A stretch of DNA of 64,000 nt from Alphaproteobacteria bacterium (GCA_965248835.1 CBDFLJ010000001.1:640001-704000), one strand, 5' to 3'. Positions 20,573 to 31,768 are shown, counted from the stretch's first letter. Made by a program: numbers and translations. The notes: a model not told the origin generated them from the sequence alone.

Positions 20573-21979
20573 GTGCGCTATCTCAGTACAAGGGGCGAGG
20601 CTCCGCCGCTCGATTTCGAGGGTGTTCTGCTCACCGGGCTCGCGCCGGACGGCGGCCTCTACCTGCCGGAGACATGGCCCAGCCTGGAGGCCGGCGAACT
20701 CGCCTCGTTCGCCGCCCTGCCCTATTCCGAGGTCGCGTGCCGGGTGATGGCGCCGTTCGTGGTTCCGGCGATCGAGGAGCAGACCCTGGCGGATATTGTC
20801 GATGCCGCCTATGCCGGGTTCGACCACCAAGCGGTCGCACCGCTGGTCCAGCTCGATCGCAACGACTGGCTGCTGGAGCTGTTTCACGGACCGACGCTGG
20901 CCTTCAAGGACTATGCGCTCCAGGTGCTGGGACGGCTGTTCGACCATGCGCTGCACCGCCGGGGCGAGCGCGTCTCGATCGTCGTGGCGACATCCGGCGA
21001 TACCGGCTCGGCGGCGATCGAGGCGTGCCGCGGGCGCGAAGCGATCGAGATCTTCGTCCTCCATCCCGAGGGAAGGGTCTCCGACGTCCAGCGCCGCCAG
21101 ATGACGACGGTCGATGCGGCCAATGTTCACAACGTCGCCGTCCAGGGCACGTTCGATGACTGCCAGGATCTGGTCAAGGCGCTGTTCGCCGACCGCGCCT
21201 TGCGCAACGAATGCAGGCTCAGCGCCGTCAATTCGATCAACTGGGCGCGGATCATCGCCCAGACCGTCTATTACGTGATCGCGGCCGCGGCGCTCGGCGC
21301 GCCTGCGCGGCCGGTCGCCTTCGCGGTGCCGACGGGGAATTTCGGCAACGTCTACGCCGGCTACGTCGCGCGCCGGATGGGGGTGCCGATCGACCAGCTG
21401 ATCGTTGCCACCAACCGCAACGACATCCTCGCACGGTTCTTCGCGCGCGGCAGCATGACCATCGGCAAGGTGATGCCGACCATCAGCCCGTCGATGGACA
21501 TCCAGGTGTCCAGCAACTTCGAGCGGCTGCTGTTCGACATCCTCGGCCGCGACGGCGCTGCGGTCCGACGGATGATGGAAAGCTTCCGCCAGTCGGGCCG
21601 GCTGAAGATCGACAGCGCCGCCATGCGCGACCTGCGCAAGGTCTTCGCCTCGGACCGGCGCACCGACAGGCAGACCGCGCGCATCATCGAGGCGGAATTC
21701 GACGCCAGCGGCGTCGCGCTCGACCCCCACACCGCCATCGGGGTCGATGTCGGCCGGGCGAAGCGGCGCGATCCGGCGGTCCCCTTGGTGGCTCTGGCGA
21801 CGGCTCACCCGGCCAAGTTCCCCGACGCCGTCGCCGCCGCGACCGGGGAGCGGCCGGTCCTGCCGCCTCGGCTTGCCGGTTTGATGGATCTCCCGGAGCG
21901 GTTCGTCGTCCTGGACAACGATATCGCGGCCCTGAAGGCCCATATCCGCGAGCGCATATCCCTGCGGGGTGCGGCATGA
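20573..21979 (+). CDS. thrC: threonine synthase
   Basis: (M)RYLSTRG, GLAPDGGLYLP, ELFHGPTLAFKD, ATSGDTG, NSINWAR, VPTGNFG, ATAHPAKF. Confidence 0.96.
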   Translation: MRYLSTRGEAPPLDFEGVLLTGLAPDGGLYLPETWPSLEAGELASFAALPYSEVACRVMAPFVVPAIEEQTLADIVDAAYAGFDHQAVAPLVQLDRNDWLLELFHGPTLAFKDYALQVLGRLFDHALHRRGERVSIVVATSGDTGSAAIEACRGREAIEIFVLHPEGRVSDVQRRQMTTVDAANVHNVAVQGTFDDCQDLVKALFADRALRNECRLSAVNSINWARIIAQTVYYVIAAAALGAPARPVAFAVPTGNFGNVYAGYVARRMGVPIDQLIVATNRNDILARFFARGSMTIGKVMPTISPSMDIQVSSNFERLLFDILGRDGAAVRRMMESFRQSGRLKIDSAAMRDLRKVFASDRRTDRQTARIIEAEFDASGVALDPHTAIGVDVGRAKRRDPAVPLVALATAHPAKFPDAVAAATGERPVLPPRLAGLMDLPERFVVLDNDIAALKAHIRERISLRGAA

Positions 21980-23232
21980 GCGTTGAAGTGACCACGTTGG
22001 CTAACGGCCTGCGGGTGATGAGCGAGCGCATGGAGGCGGTCGAGACGGTCTCGCTCGGCTGCTGGGTCAATGTCGGTACCAGGCATGAGACGGCCGAGGT
22101 CAACGGCATCGCCCACATGCTGGAGCACATGGCCTTCAAGGGCACGCGGCAGCGATCCGCGCGCGCCATCGCCGAGGAGATCGAATCGGTCGGCGGATAT
22201 CTCAACGCCTACACATCGCACGAGTTCACCGCCTACTATGCCACCGTGCTGGCCGGCGACGAGGGGCTGGCGCTGGACATCCTTGCCGACATCCTGCAAC
22301 GCTCGGTCTTCGATCCGGCCGAGCTCGAGCGCGAGCGCACGGTGATCCTGCAGGAGATCGGCCAGGCCAACGACACCCCCGACGACCTGGTTTTCGACCT
22401 CTTCCAGCAGGCGGCCTTCCCCGACCAGGCGGTGGGCCGGCCGGTGCTGGGAACGCCGGAACTGGTCGCCGGGATGAAACGCGCGGCGCTGATCGACTAC
22501 ATGGGGCAGAACTATACCGCGCCGCGCATGGTGGTCGCCGCGGCCGGCAAGATCGACCACGACCGGTTCGCCGGCCACGCCGGAGCCGCCTTCGGCGGGC
22601 TCGTCTCGACCGGCGGGGCGCAGCCGGTCCCGGCGCGCTATGCCGGCGGCGATGCACGCCGGGACCGCGACCTGGAGCAGGTCCATATCGTGCTGGGCCT
22701 GGAGGGCCTCGCCTACGAGGACCCCGACTACTACGCGATGTCGATCCTCTCGGCGATACTCGGCGGCGGCATGTCTTCGCGGCTGTTCCAGGATATCCGC
22801 GAAGACAGGGGGCTGGTCTATTCGATCTACACCTTCGGCTCGACCTACGTCGATTCCGGGATCTTCGGCATCTACGCCGGTACCGGTCGCGAGGCCGCGG
22901 ACGAGGTCGTCGGGCTGATCTGCCGCCACGTTCGCGGAATGGCCGAGGGCATCACCGAGCCCGAACTGCAACGCGCCCGCGCGCAGTTCAAGGCCGGAAT
23001 CGTGATGTCGCTGGAAAGCACCGCCGCGCGCGCCGAGCAGATCGCGCGCCAGACGCTGGTCTACGGCCGGCCGCTTTCGATCCCCGAGGTGATCGCCAGG
23101 ATCGACGCGGTCGATGTCGGCGCGATCGAACGTCTCTCCGGGCGGCTGCGCGCCGGCCCGCCCACGCTGGCTGCGATCGGCCCGGTCTCGGGCATCCCGG
23201 ATTATGACGCGATCGTTGCGGCGTTGACGTAA
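21976..23232 (+). CDS. M16 family (pitrilysin/MPP-like) peptidase
   Basis: Inverted zinc motif HMLEH.AFKGT, GGYLNAYT, LGGGMSSRLFQ.IRE.RGLVYSI. Confidence 0.94.
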   Translation: MSVEVTTLANGLRVMSERMEAVETVSLGCWVNVGTRHETAEVNGIAHMLEHMAFKGTRQRSARAIAEEIESVGGYLNAYTSHEFTAYYATVLAGDEGLALDILADILQRSVFDPAELERERTVILQEIGQANDTPDDLVFDLFQQAAFPDQAVGRPVLGTPELVAGMKRAALIDYMGQNYTAPRMVVAAAGKIDHDRFAGHAGAAFGGLVSTGGAQPVPARYAGGDARRDRDLEQVHIVLGLEGLAYEDPDYYAMSILSAILGGGMSSRLFQDIREDRGLVYSIYTFGSTYVDSGIFGIYAGTGREAADEVVGLICRHVRGMAEGITEPELQRARAQFKAGIVMSLESTAARAEQIARQTLVYGRPLSIPEVIARIDAVDVGAIERLSGRLRAGPPTLAAIGPVSGIPDYDAIVAALT

Positions 23233-23268
23233 AACCCTCCCGATCGCGGGAGAGGCAGGGTGAGGGTT
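23233..23268. repeat. REP-like palindromic element between convergent genes
   Basis: AACCCTC-CCGATCGCGGGAGAGGCAGGGT-GAGGGTT; resembles the CCCTCACCC..CCTCTCCC..GGGAGAGGG extragenic repeats of Alphaproteobacteria. Confidence 0.55.
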
Positions 23269-23272
23269 GGTG

Positions 23273-23842
23273 TCAGGCGTGGCCGGCGTCGCCGGAGAGC
23301 ATGTTGATGTTGATGCCGATCTTGGCCATCGCCCGTTCCCAGCGGTTCTCGTGGCTGCCCTCGAAAATCAGGGTCTCGTCGGCCGGCACCGACAGCCAGC
23401 CATTGCGCTGGATCTCGCTGTCGAGCTGGCCCGGTCCCCAACCGGCATAGCCCAGCGCCAGCAGGCTGCGCTGGGGACCCTTGCCCGCCGCGATCGCCTT
23501 GAGGATGTCGATCGTCGCGGTCAGCGCGACCGCGTCGTTGATGACCAGCGTGGCATCCTCGACGAAATCCGCCGAATGCAGGACGAAGCCGCGCCCGGTC
23601 TCGACCGGGCCGCCGAAATGGACGTTGATGCTTCCACCGTCGCCGGAAATGTTGAGTTGCTCCAAGAGGTCGGGAAAATCGACGTTTTCCATCAGTTTGT
23701 TGACGACCAGCCCCATCGCGCCGTCGGCGGTATGCGCGCACAGATAGATGACCGCCTTGGCGAACCGCGAATCCTCCATCTGCGGCATCGCGACCAGGAG
23801 CTGCCCGGTCAGATAGCCTTGGTTGCCGTCATCCGAACCCAT
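23273..23842 (-). CDS. YqgE/AlgH family protein
   Basis: [50 protein letters not shown]. Confidence 0.94.
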   Translation of the reverse strand: MGSDDGNQGYLTGQLLVAMPQMEDSRFAKAVIYLCAHTADGAMGLVVNKLMENVDFPDLLEQLNISGDGGSINVHFGGPVETGRGFVLHSADFVEDATLVINDAVALTATIDILKAIAAGKGPQRSLLALGYAGWGPGQLDSEIQRNGWLSVPADETLIFEGSHENRWERAMAKIGININMLSGDAGHA

Positions 23843-24034
23843 CGAAACGCCCTTCCTGCGCGGTCAGGTCTCTCCTCGCCTGCCGGGGGCGGGATGGGAC
23901 GACACGCAAATTTTACGAACGCGTGAGCGCCTGTCGTCCTATATATCGGAGGCGAAGCGGCCTCGCTGTCGGGCCGCGCCCCTCGGCGGCTGCCGGACGG
24001 AGTATACCGCAATATCCGAACGACAGGTAATGGT

Positions 24035-26176
24035 GTGAGTGTGAGCGCCAAGCGCCCGGTCGACCGTCTGTTGGCGGCGGCGGCGGTTATGGTTCCGATG
24101 GCCCTGGCGATGCTGGGCGCCGGGCCCGCCCACGCGGCCGCGTCGGAATGGTGGCGGACCGAGCACGGCGCGGTCCGGCTGATCACGGCCACCAACGCAG
24201 TCGGCCAGGGTGCGACGGTCCAGGCCGGGCTGCACTTCAAGATGAACAAGGACTGGAAGATCTACTGGCGCTCGCCGGGCGATGCCGGTTTCCCGCCCGT
24301 GCCCGACTGGGCCGGATCGCGGAACCTGGCCGAAGCGCGGCTGTCCTGGCCGGCGCCGCAGCGGTTCTCGGTCCTCGGCCTGGAGACGCTGGGCTACACC
24401 GGGGAGGTGGTCCTGCCGGTGACCGTCGCCGTCCGCGAGCCCGGCGAGCCGGTCGCCCTGCGGGCGAAGGTGCGCTATCTGACCTGCAACGACATCTGCG
24501 TGCCCTACGAGGCCGATCTCGCCTTCGCGCTGCCGGCGGGTCTTGAGACGTCCTCGATCGAGCACGGCCTGATTGCGGCCTTTCGGGCGCGGGTCCCGGT
24601 GACCGGCGAGGACGGTCCGCTGCGGATCGAATCCGCGGCCGCGGTGGGTGGTGCCACCACCACGGCGGTAGAGCTGCGCCTGCTCGCGCGGGCGCCGCTG
24701 TCGGGGCCCGACGTCTATGTCGAGGGCGCCGCGGGTTGGGCGTTCGAAGCACCGCAATCGATCATCGAGCCCGGCGGCCAGGCCGCCCTGGTGCGGATCG
24801 CCGCGTTGGCGCCGCCCAAGACCACCGAGTCGCTGGTCGGCCGCGAACTGGTTCTGACCGCGGTCGACGGCGACCGGGCGATCGAGCGCACCGTGGTTCT
24901 GAGCGCCCCGCCGGCCGCCGCGCCCGCCCGAAGCCTAGCGGTGATCCTGGCGCTTGCGGTCCTCGGCGGGCTGATCCTCAACCTGATGCCCTGCGTGCTG
25001 CCCGTCCTGTCGCTCAAGCTGTTGTCGGTGGTGGGCCATGGCGGCGGCCACGCGGGCGCGGTGCGGGCAGGGTTCCTGGCATCCACCGCCGGCATCCTGG
25101 TGTCGTTCCTGGTGCTCGGCAGCGGCGCGGTCGGCCTGCGTCTGGCCGGCCAATCGGCGGGCTGGGGCATCCAGTTCCAGCAGCCGCTGTTCCTGGTGTT
25201 CATGGCCGTGATCCTCACCCTGTTCGCGGCGAACCTGTTCGGGCTTTTCGAGATCCGGTTGCCGGGTGCGGTCTCCGATTTCGCCCTCGCCGGCGGCGGC
25301 AAGGGCCACGGCATGGGCGGCCACTTCCTGACCGGCGCGTTCGCCACTTTGCTCGCCACACCGTGCTCGGCGCCGTTCCTCGGCACCGCGGTGGGTTTCG
25401 CACTCTCCCGTGGTCCGTTGGAGATCTACGCCGTCTTCCTGGCGCTCGGGATCGGTCTTGCGCTGCCGTACCTTGCGGTCGCCGCCTTCCCCGGGATCGC
25501 GACCCGGATGCCGCGGCCGGGCCCGTGGATGCGCATGCTGCGCCGTGTGCTAGGGCTCGCGCTGGTCGCCACCGCGGCCTGGCTCCTGAGCGTGCTCGCC
25601 GTCCAGACCGGCCTGGAGCGGGCGGTGGTGGCCGGCATCTGCCTGGTTGGGCTTGCCGTCGGCCTCGCCTTGGCCGGCGCGGCCACCCGCGCCCGGTCGA
25701 GCGCCGGGTTCGCGGTCTCAGGCGCCGCGGTCGTGATCGCGCTGGCGCTGGCGGCCTGGCCCGGCGCCGGACCCGGCCCGAGCAAGGCTCTGGCCGGGAA
25801 ATGGACGGAATTCGACCGGTCGCGCATTGCCCGCGAGGTCGCGGCCGGAAAGCTGGTGTTCGTCGACGTGACAGCGGACTGGTGCATCACCTGCCAGGTC
25901 AACAAGGCCCTGGTGCTCGACGCCCCGCCGGTGAGCGGCCGGCTGGCGGGCAAGGATATTTTGGCTATGCGGGCCGACTGGACGCGCCCGAACCGGGAGA
26001 TCGCCGCGTTCCTGAAGTCCTTCGGGCGCTACGGCATCCCGTTCAACGTCGTTTACGGACCGGGCGGACCGGGCGGGATCCCGCTTCCGGAGATCCTGAC
26101 CCAGAAATCTGTCATGGAAACCCTGGCCCGCGCCGGCACCGGCGGCGGCGGTCCGACGGCGGTAACGAAACGTTAA
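24035..26176 (+). CDS. DsbD-family thiol:disulfide interchange protein
   Basis: WKIYWRSPGDAG, TCNDICVP, NLMPCVLPVL, LATPCSAPFLG, thioredoxin TADWCITC. Confidence 0.92.
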   Translation: MSVSAKRPVDRLLAAAAVMVPMALAMLGAGPAHAAASEWWRTEHGAVRLITATNAVGQGATVQAGLHFKMNKDWKIYWRSPGDAGFPPVPDWAGSRNLAEARLSWPAPQRFSVLGLETLGYTGEVVLPVTVAVREPGEPVALRAKVRYLTCNDICVPYEADLAFALPAGLETSSIEHGLIAAFRARVPVTGEDGPLRIESAAAVGGATTTAVELRLLARAPLSGPDVYVEGAAGWAFEAPQSIIEPGGQAALVRIAALAPPKTTESLVGRELVLTAVDGDRAIERTVVLSAPPAAAPARSLAVILALAVLGGLILNLMPCVLPVLSLKLLSVVGHGGGHAGAVRAGFLASTAGILVSFLVLGSGAVGLRLAGQSAGWGIQFQQPLFLVFMAVILTLFAANLFGLFEIRLPGAVSDFALAGGGKGHGMGGHFLTGAFATLLATPCSAPFLGTAVGFALSRGPLEIYAVFLALGIGLALPYLAVAAFPGIATRMPRPGPWMRMLRRVLGLALVATAAWLLSVLAVQTGLERAVVAGICLVGLAVGLALAGAATRARSSAGFAVSGAAVVIALALAAWPGAGPGPSKALAGKWTEFDRSRIAREVAAGKLVFVDVTADWCITCQVNKALVLDAPPVSGRLAGKDILAMRADWTRPNREIAAFLKSFGRYGIPFNVVYGPGGPGGIPLPEILTQKSVMETLARAGTGGGGPTAVTKR

Positions 26177-26259
26177 CCCGCCGGCGCGCAACGGGCGTGA
26201 CATCGCAAGGGCGATGCCTTATCTCAGGCGCGGACTTTTCGCACAAAGGGGGAAGCGCG

Positions 26260-26742
26260 ATGACGATCACGGTGGGTGACAGGATCCCGGAAGCGACGCT
26301 GACGGCGATGGGCGCGGACGGTCCGGCACCGATCACGACCGAGGAGCTGTTTTCCGGCAAGAAGGTCGCCGTCTTCGCGGTTCCCGGAGCCTTCACCCCG
26401 ACGTGCTCGGCCAAGCACCTGCCGGGTTTCGTCGAGCAGGCCGGCGCGATCAAGGCCAAGGGCGTGGATACGATCGCGTGCGTGGCGGTCAACGACGTCT
26501 TCGTGATGAACGCCTGGGGCAAGAGCCAGAACGTCGGCGACGGGGTGATGATGCTGGCCGACGGCAGCGGCGCCTTCGCCAAGGCGCTGGACGTCGAGCT
26601 CGATCTGGTCGAGCGCGGCCTCGGGATGCGCTCCAGACGTTATTCCATGATCGTCGATGACGGCACCATCACCCAGCTCAATCTCGAGGAGGGCGGCGGT
26701 TTCGAGGTCAGCGACGCGGGCACGCTCCTGACCCAGATTTAG
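26260..26742 (+). CDS. peroxiredoxin, Prx5 type
   Basis: VPGAFTPTCS..HLPGF, VNDVFVMNAW, GMRSRRYSM. Confidence 0.95.
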   Translation: MTITVGDRIPEATLTAMGADGPAPITTEELFSGKKVAVFAVPGAFTPTCSAKHLPGFVEQAGAIKAKGVDTIACVAVNDVFVMNAWGKSQNVGDGVMMLADGSGAFAKALDVELDLVERGLGMRSRRYSMIVDDGTITQLNLEEGGGFEVSDAGTLLTQI

Positions 26743-26750
26743 GGCGGGGC

Positions 26751-27191
26751 CTACCCGCGCCCGGCGAGGCCCTTGCGCGCCAGCGCATCGGCGCGCTCGT
26801 TGTCGACATGCCCGGCATGCCCCTTGACCCAGCGCCATTCGACGTTGTGGCCGGCAAGCGCGGCGTCGAGGCGCTGCCATAAATCGATGTTCTTGACCGG
26901 TTTCCTGGCGGCGGTCTTCCAGCCGTTGCGCTTCCAACCGTCGATCCAGCGCGTAATCCCGTCCTTCAGGTAGGTGCTGTCGGTGTGGAGGACGACGTTG
27001 ACCGGGCGTTTCAGCGACTCCAGGGCGCGGATGGCGGCCATCAACTCCATGCGGTTGTTGGTCGTCGGATCCTCGCCGCCGCACAGCTCCTTCTCCGTGC
27101 CGTCGTAGCGCAACAGCGCGCCCCAGCCACCCGGGCCGGGGTTGCCGCTGCATGCACCGTCGGTGAAGATCGCCACCGTCCGGCCGCTCAT
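26751..27191 (-). CDS. rnhA: ribonuclease HI
   Basis: [42 protein letters not shown]. Confidence 0.97.
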   Translation of the reverse strand: MSGRTVAIFTDGACSGNPGPGGWGALLRYDGTEKELCGGEDPTTNNRMELMAAIRALESLKRPVNVVLHTDSTYLKDGITRWIDGWKRNGWKTAARKPVKNIDLWQRLDAALAGHNVEWRWVKGHAGHVDNERADALARKGLAGRG

Positions 27192-28153
27192 GGGTCGAGC
27201 CCGTAGGCGCCCGGCCCGGAAAGCCCGCGGTGGAAGCGCAGCTTGCGCAGGTATTCGAGCGGGTCCTTGCGGCGGACCATCACGCCCTCGGCCGGGAACA
27301 ACATGTCGTGCAAGCGGGTGAGCAGGAAGCGCAGCGCGGCGCCGCGGGTGAGAACCGGCAGGGCGGAGATCTCCGCGCGGGTCAGCGGACGCTCGGCTCC
27401 ATAGGCCTGGATCATGCGGCGGGCCTTGGTGATGTTGAAGTCGCCGCCGGTCTCGAAGCACCAGGCGTTGAGACAGATCGCAAGCTCATAGGCGTAGAGG
27501 TCGTTGCAGGCAAAGTAGAAATCGATCAGACCCGACAGCGCCCCGCCGAGGAAGAAGACGTTGTCCGGGAACAGGTCCGCGTGGATCACCCCGCCCGGCG
27601 CGCCGCCCGGCCATCCTTCGTCGAGGAAATCGAGCTCGCCGTCGATCTCGTCCGCCAGACCGGGCAGGACTTCATCGGCGCGGTCGCGGCACAGCGCGAA
27701 CAGTGGGCGCCATGACCGGACGCCGAGCGCGTTGGACCGCTCCATCCCGAACCCCTCCCCGGCGCGGTGCATCCGCGCCATCGCGCCGCCGAGCAGCGCG
27801 CAGTGCCGCGGAGTCGGCCGCCGGGCGCCAATCCCGTCGAGGAACGTCACCACCGCGGCCGGGCGGCCGCAAAGCGTCCGCAGCGCCCTGCCGTCGCGGC
27901 CGTGGACCGGCGTCGGACAGGCGATCCCGTTCCCGGCAAGGTGTTCCATCAGCCCGAGGAAGAAGGGAAGGTCGCGGGCATCGACCCGGCGCTCGTACAA
28001 CGTCACGATGAAGGCGCCGCGCTCGGTGCGCAGCAGATAGTTGGAGTTCTCGATCCCCTCGGCGATCCCCTTGAAGGCCAGCACGCGGCCGAGATCATAC
28101 TGGGCGATAAAGCCCTCCATGGCCTCGTCGCAGACATCGGTATAGACCGCCAC
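27188..28153 (-). CDS. thrB: homoserine kinase type II
   Basis: [44 protein letters not shown]. Confidence 0.95.
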   Translation of the reverse strand: MAVYTDVCDEAMEGFIAQYDLGRVLAFKGIAEGIENSNYLLRTERGAFIVTLYERRVDARDLPFFLGLMEHLAGNGIACPTPVHGRDGRALRTLCGRPAAVVTFLDGIGARRPTPRHCALLGGAMARMHRAGEGFGMERSNALGVRSWRPLFALCRDRADEVLPGLADEIDGELDFLDEGWPGGAPGGVIHADLFPDNVFFLGGALSGLIDFYFACNDLYAYELAICLNAWCFETGGDFNITKARRMIQAYGAERPLTRAEISALPVLTRGAALRFLLTRLHDMLFPAEGVMVRRKDPLEYLRKLRFHRGLSGPGAYGLDP

Positions 28154-28174
28154 CGCAGACCGTGCGGGTCCGCC

Positions 28175-29119
28175 TCACGCGGTCAGAGCGCGGGGCAGGG
28201 AGAATTCGACCGACTCGCGGATCAGGTCCACCTCTTCGACCGTGACCTCGAACCATCCGGCGCAGAGATCGATCAGTTCGCGCACCAGGATCTCCGGTGC
28301 CGAGGCGCCGGCGGTGACGCCGAGCCGGGCGACGCCATCGAGCCAAAAGCGATCGATATCGTGGGCGCGCTGGATCAGCAGCGCCTTCTTGCACCCGCTG
28401 GCGCGCGCCACCTCGGCAAGCCGGTTGGAGTTCGACGAGTTCGGCGCACCGATCACCACCAGCGCATCGCAGCGCCCGGCGATCTCCTTGACCGCGGCCT
28501 GGCGGTTGGTCGTCGCATAGCAGATGTCTTCCTTGTGCGGCGCGGTGATTTTTGGGAAACGGCGGGTGAGCACCGCGACGATCTCCGATGTCTCGTCGAC
28601 CGACAGCGTCGTCTGGGTGACGTAGGCGAGGTTGTCCGGGTCGGCGACGTTGACCGACAGGGCGTCTTCCACGGTCTCGACGAGGATCATCTTCCCGGGC
28701 GGGAGCTGGCCCATGGTGCCGACGACCTCGGGGTGGCCGGCATGGCCGACCAGGATGATCTGCCGCCTTTCGCCGGCATGGCGGCGTGCATCGACATGCA
28801 CCTTGGTGACCAGCGGACAGGTCGCATCGAGATAGAACATCTCCCGGCGGTCGGCCTCGGTGACCACCGCCTTGGCGACGCCGTGGGCGCTGAACACCAC
28901 CGGCACGCCGTCGGGGACCTCGTCGAGTTCCTCGACGAAGACCGCGCCTTTGTCCTCGAGCGCGGCGACGACATAGCGGTTGTGGACGATCTCGTGGCGG
29001 ACATAGACCGGCTGGCCGTACTTCTCCAGCGCCAGCTCGACGATCTCGATCGCCCGGTCGACGCCGGCGCAGAATCCCCTCGGTCCGGCCAGCATGATCG
29101 TCAGCGGAAGCTTCGGCAT
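28175..29119 (-). CDS. ispH: 4-hydroxy-3-methylbut-2-enyl diphosphate reductase
   Basis: [51 protein letters not shown]. Confidence 0.97.
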   Translation of the reverse strand: MPKLPLTIMLAGPRGFCAGVDRAIEIVELALEKYGQPVYVRHEIVHNRYVVAALEDKGAVFVEELDEVPDGVPVVFSAHGVAKAVVTEADRREMFYLDATCPLVTKVHVDARRHAGERRQIILVGHAGHPEVVGTMGQLPPGKMILVETVEDALSVNVADPDNLAYVTQTTLSVDETSEIVAVLTRRFPKITAPHKEDICYATTNRQAAVKEIAGRCDALVVIGAPNSSNSNRLAEVARASGCKKALLIQRAHDIDRFWLDGVARLGVTAGASAPEILVRELIDLCAGWFEVTVEEVDLIRESVEFSLPRALTA

Positions 29120-29254
29120 CGACGGCGGCCCGTTCGAAATGGCGCCTTGAGCATGTCCGGCGCCTTCACTAAAGTCCGCCGCAGCGACGGCGGTCCGATG
29201 GTCCCATCGGGCACGACCTAAATAATACAGCAACAGCGACAAAGGAAGGTAGAG

Positions 29255-29494
29255 ATGGCGGAGCCGGTTATCGCGCAGAAGGAACCCTATGGCATCGACG
29301 TCGAATCGGGCACGGAATACTGGTGGTGCGCCTGCGGCCGGAGCGCGAACCAGCCGTTCTGCGACGGCTCGCACAAGGGGACCGGGCTGACCCCGATGCA
29401 ATACGATGCAAAGGCGGACCGCAAGGTCTGGTTCTGCGGTTGCAAGCAGACCTCCAACAAGCCGGTTTGCGACGGAACCCACAACAACGTCTGA
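29255..29494 (+). CDS. two-domain CDGSH [2Fe-2S] protein (MiNT/CISD3-like)
   Basis: [15 protein letters not shown] and [15 protein letters not shown]; GGAAGG RBS. Confidence 0.93.
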   Translation: MAEPVIAQKEPYGIDVESGTEYWWCACGRSANQPFCDGSHKGTGLTPMQYDAKADRKVWFCGCKQTSNKPVCDGTHNNV

Positions 29495-29499
29495 ACCCC

Positions 29500-30096
29500 G
29501 TGCGGCAAGCGCCGGCACCCGGCAGGGCCGTCCGGCCGCACGCGGCGCGCGGCATCGCGTGGATCCTGGCCGCGGCACTTCTGGCCGGGTGCGCGGGCTC
29601 GGACGGCAAGCGCCCGCGCAAGCTCTGCCCGCGCGTGGATATCCTGGAATACGCCGACGAACTGGTGCGCTTCCTGCCCGGCCCGGGGCGCGACGTGACC
29701 GATGTCGTCTTTCGCACGCGCCTGGTGAACTACCGGGGCGGGTGCGAGGTCGACAAGAACAAGAACAAGGTCGCGGTCGCGCTCGTCCTCGAGTTCGCGC
29801 TGGAACGCGGCCCGGCCAACCGCGACAGCAAAGCCAGCTTCGAATACTTCGTCGCCATCCCGCAATTCCACCCCCAGCCGGCCGGCAAGCGGCGTTTCGC
29901 GGTCGCCGTCGAATTCGAGAAAGGCCGGAACCGGGCCCTCTACCGCGACGAGATCGCGGTCGAGATCCCCCTCGAGCAAGGCCGGGCAAGCAGCGACTTC
30001 AATATCTTCGTCGGCTGCCAGCTTAGCGCGGCCGAGCTGGACTACAACCAGCGCGGCAGGCGCGACGGTGCCCGACCGGAGCAGCGCTTGCGCTGA
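29500..30096 (+). CDS. hypothetical lipoprotein
   Basis: Hydrophobic stretch with LLAGC lipobox, CPRV, GCE, YFVAI. Start approximate. Confidence 0.7.
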   Translation: MRQAPAPGRAVRPHAARGIAWILAAALLAGCAGSDGKRPRKLCPRVDILEYADELVRFLPGPGRDVTDVVFRTRLVNYRGGCEVDKNKNKVAVALVLEFALERGPANRDSKASFEYFVAIPQFHPQPAGKRRFAVAVEFEKGRNRALYRDEIAVEIPLEQGRASSDFNIFVGCQLSAAELDYNQRGRRDGARPEQRLR

Positions 30097-30158
30097 ACGC
30101 GGGCGTGCAATCCGACCCAGTTGCGGTCTAGAATTCGCGAAACAGTTGGAGGCCGACG

Positions 30159-31226
30159 ATGGGTGGGAGCTACAGCACGCTGATCCTGGGTGCATCTTAC
30201 GGCTCGCTGCTCGCCATCAAGCTGGCGGCCGCAGGCCATTCCGCGAAACTGGTCTGCCTGCCCGAGGAAGCGGCGCTGATCAACGCCGAGGGCCAGAAGG
30301 TCCGCATGCCGGCGAAGGCGCGCGACGGTCTGGTTGAGATCGATTCCCGCACCCTGCCCGGCGACCTGTCGGCCGCGACGCCCGACCAGGTCGACCCCGC
30401 CGCCTATGACCTGATCGCGCTCGCCATGCAGGAGCCGCAATACCGCGCCCCGGGCGTGCGCGCGTTGCTCGACGCGGTCGCCAAGTCGCGCGTGCCGTGC
30501 ATGTCGATCATGAACATGCCGCCGCTGCCTTATCTGCGGCGGATTCCCGGCCTCGATGTCGAGGCGCTGACCGGCTGCTACACCGACGCAAGCGTCTGGG
30601 ACAGCTTCGATCCCGATCTGGTCACCCTGTGCAGCCCCGATCCGCAGGCCTTCCGCCCGCCTGAGGAGAAGACCAACGTCCTCCAGGTGAGCCTGCCGAC
30701 CAACTTCAAAGTGGCTCGGTTCGGCTTCGACCGTCACACGGCGGTCCTGCGCGAACTGCAGGCCGATATCGAGGCGAGCCGCTATGACGACGGCAACGGC
30801 GCGATCGAGCTTCCGGTCAAGCTCAAGGTACACGACTCGGTCTTCGTGCCGCTCGCCAAATGGTCGATGCTGCTGACCGGCAATTACCGCTGCGTGCGCA
30901 AGCACGACATGCAATCGATCCGCGACGCCGTCCACGGCGACATCGAGGCGTCGCGCTCGGTCTACGAGTGGGTGAGCGCGCTCTGCCGGGAGCTCGGCGC
31001 GACGCAAGCCGACCAGGTGCCGTTCGAGAAATACGCCAACGCCGCCCAGGGGCTCGTCAGGCCTTCCTCGGCGGCGCGCGCCCTGCTCGCCGGTGCGCAG
31101 AATATCGAACGGGCCGACAGCCTTGTCCGCGCCATCGCGGCGCAGAAGGGGTTGCGCTCGCAGGCCGTAGACCAGACCGTGGCGCTGGTCGATTCCTGGC
31201 TCGCCGCAAACCGCGAAAAGGCGTGA
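30159..31226 (+). CDS. conserved hypothetical Rossmann protein, ketopantoate-reductase-like fold
   Basis: N-terminal ILGASYGSL nucleotide-binding loop, DLIALAMQEPQY, KWSMLLTGNY; GGAGG RBS. Confidence 0.65.
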   Translation: MGGSYSTLILGASYGSLLAIKLAAAGHSAKLVCLPEEAALINAEGQKVRMPAKARDGLVEIDSRTLPGDLSAATPDQVDPAAYDLIALAMQEPQYRAPGVRALLDAVAKSRVPCMSIMNMPPLPYLRRIPGLDVEALTGCYTDASVWDSFDPDLVTLCSPDPQAFRPPEEKTNVLQVSLPTNFKVARFGFDRHTAVLRELQADIEASRYDDGNGAIELPVKLKVHDSVFVPLAKWSMLLTGNYRCVRKHDMQSIRDAVHGDIEASRSVYEWVSALCRELGATQADQVPFEKYANAAQGLVRPSSAARALLAGAQNIERADSLVRAIAAQKGLRSQAVDQTVALVDSWLAANREKA

Positions 31227-31312
31227 TGACGTCCGTCGCCGGGGCGGGCGACCTGCGCCCGGTTCCCGGCATCATCGTGTGGCTGCCTGAGCCGGTTTGC
31301 GGACGAGGCGGC

Positions 31313-31597
31313 TTACGAGCCGCCGGAGGAGGCCTCGGCCCGGAACCCCCACCATGCCAGGACGCATTGGCCGGTGTCGGGGTGGGTGATCCCCTCGACC
31401 AGGAACTGGCTCTGTATGCGGGCTTTCGCGGCGAACCGGGGCAGGCCGGCGTCCTCGGCGATGTCCTGCTCCATCCACATACAGGGATCGAAGCTCCGGT
31501 ACTGGATGTAGGTCGCCGCCGATGCGGCGAAGGTCAGCAGGACCGATGCCCCGACGAAGGTCATCAATCCGGATCTTGTTCTCATCGCCGCACCCAC
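31313..31597 (-). CDS. small exported or membrane-anchored hypothetical protein
   Basis: N-terminal hydrophobic segment and two Cys (DPCMW, GQCV); fills an otherwise empty gap. Confidence 0.6.
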   Translation of the reverse strand: MGAAMRTRSGLMTFVGASVLLTFAASAATYIQYRSFDPCMWMEQDIAEDAGLPRFAAKARIQSQFLVEGITHPDTGQCVLAWWGFRAEASSGGS

Positions 31598-31768
31598 CGG
31601 TCCCCAATTCCGGCTGTTGTTGGCAACCCAGCCGGTTGAGGCTGTTTATACCATGCCCGGCTTCCGTCGCGCCAACCGCCGCCCCGCGACAATGTTGACG
31701 TTCACAATCCAGGCAATAAGATGGCCTTCGTTCGGCCCCGATGGCTGATCGCTGCGTTACACAGTCGA

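Noticed and set aside
26162-26176. GTAA-N7-TTAA, CtrA-box-like, upstream of the peroxiredoxin
   Set aside because: One mismatch, overlaps the dsbD stop codon, and no supporting context.
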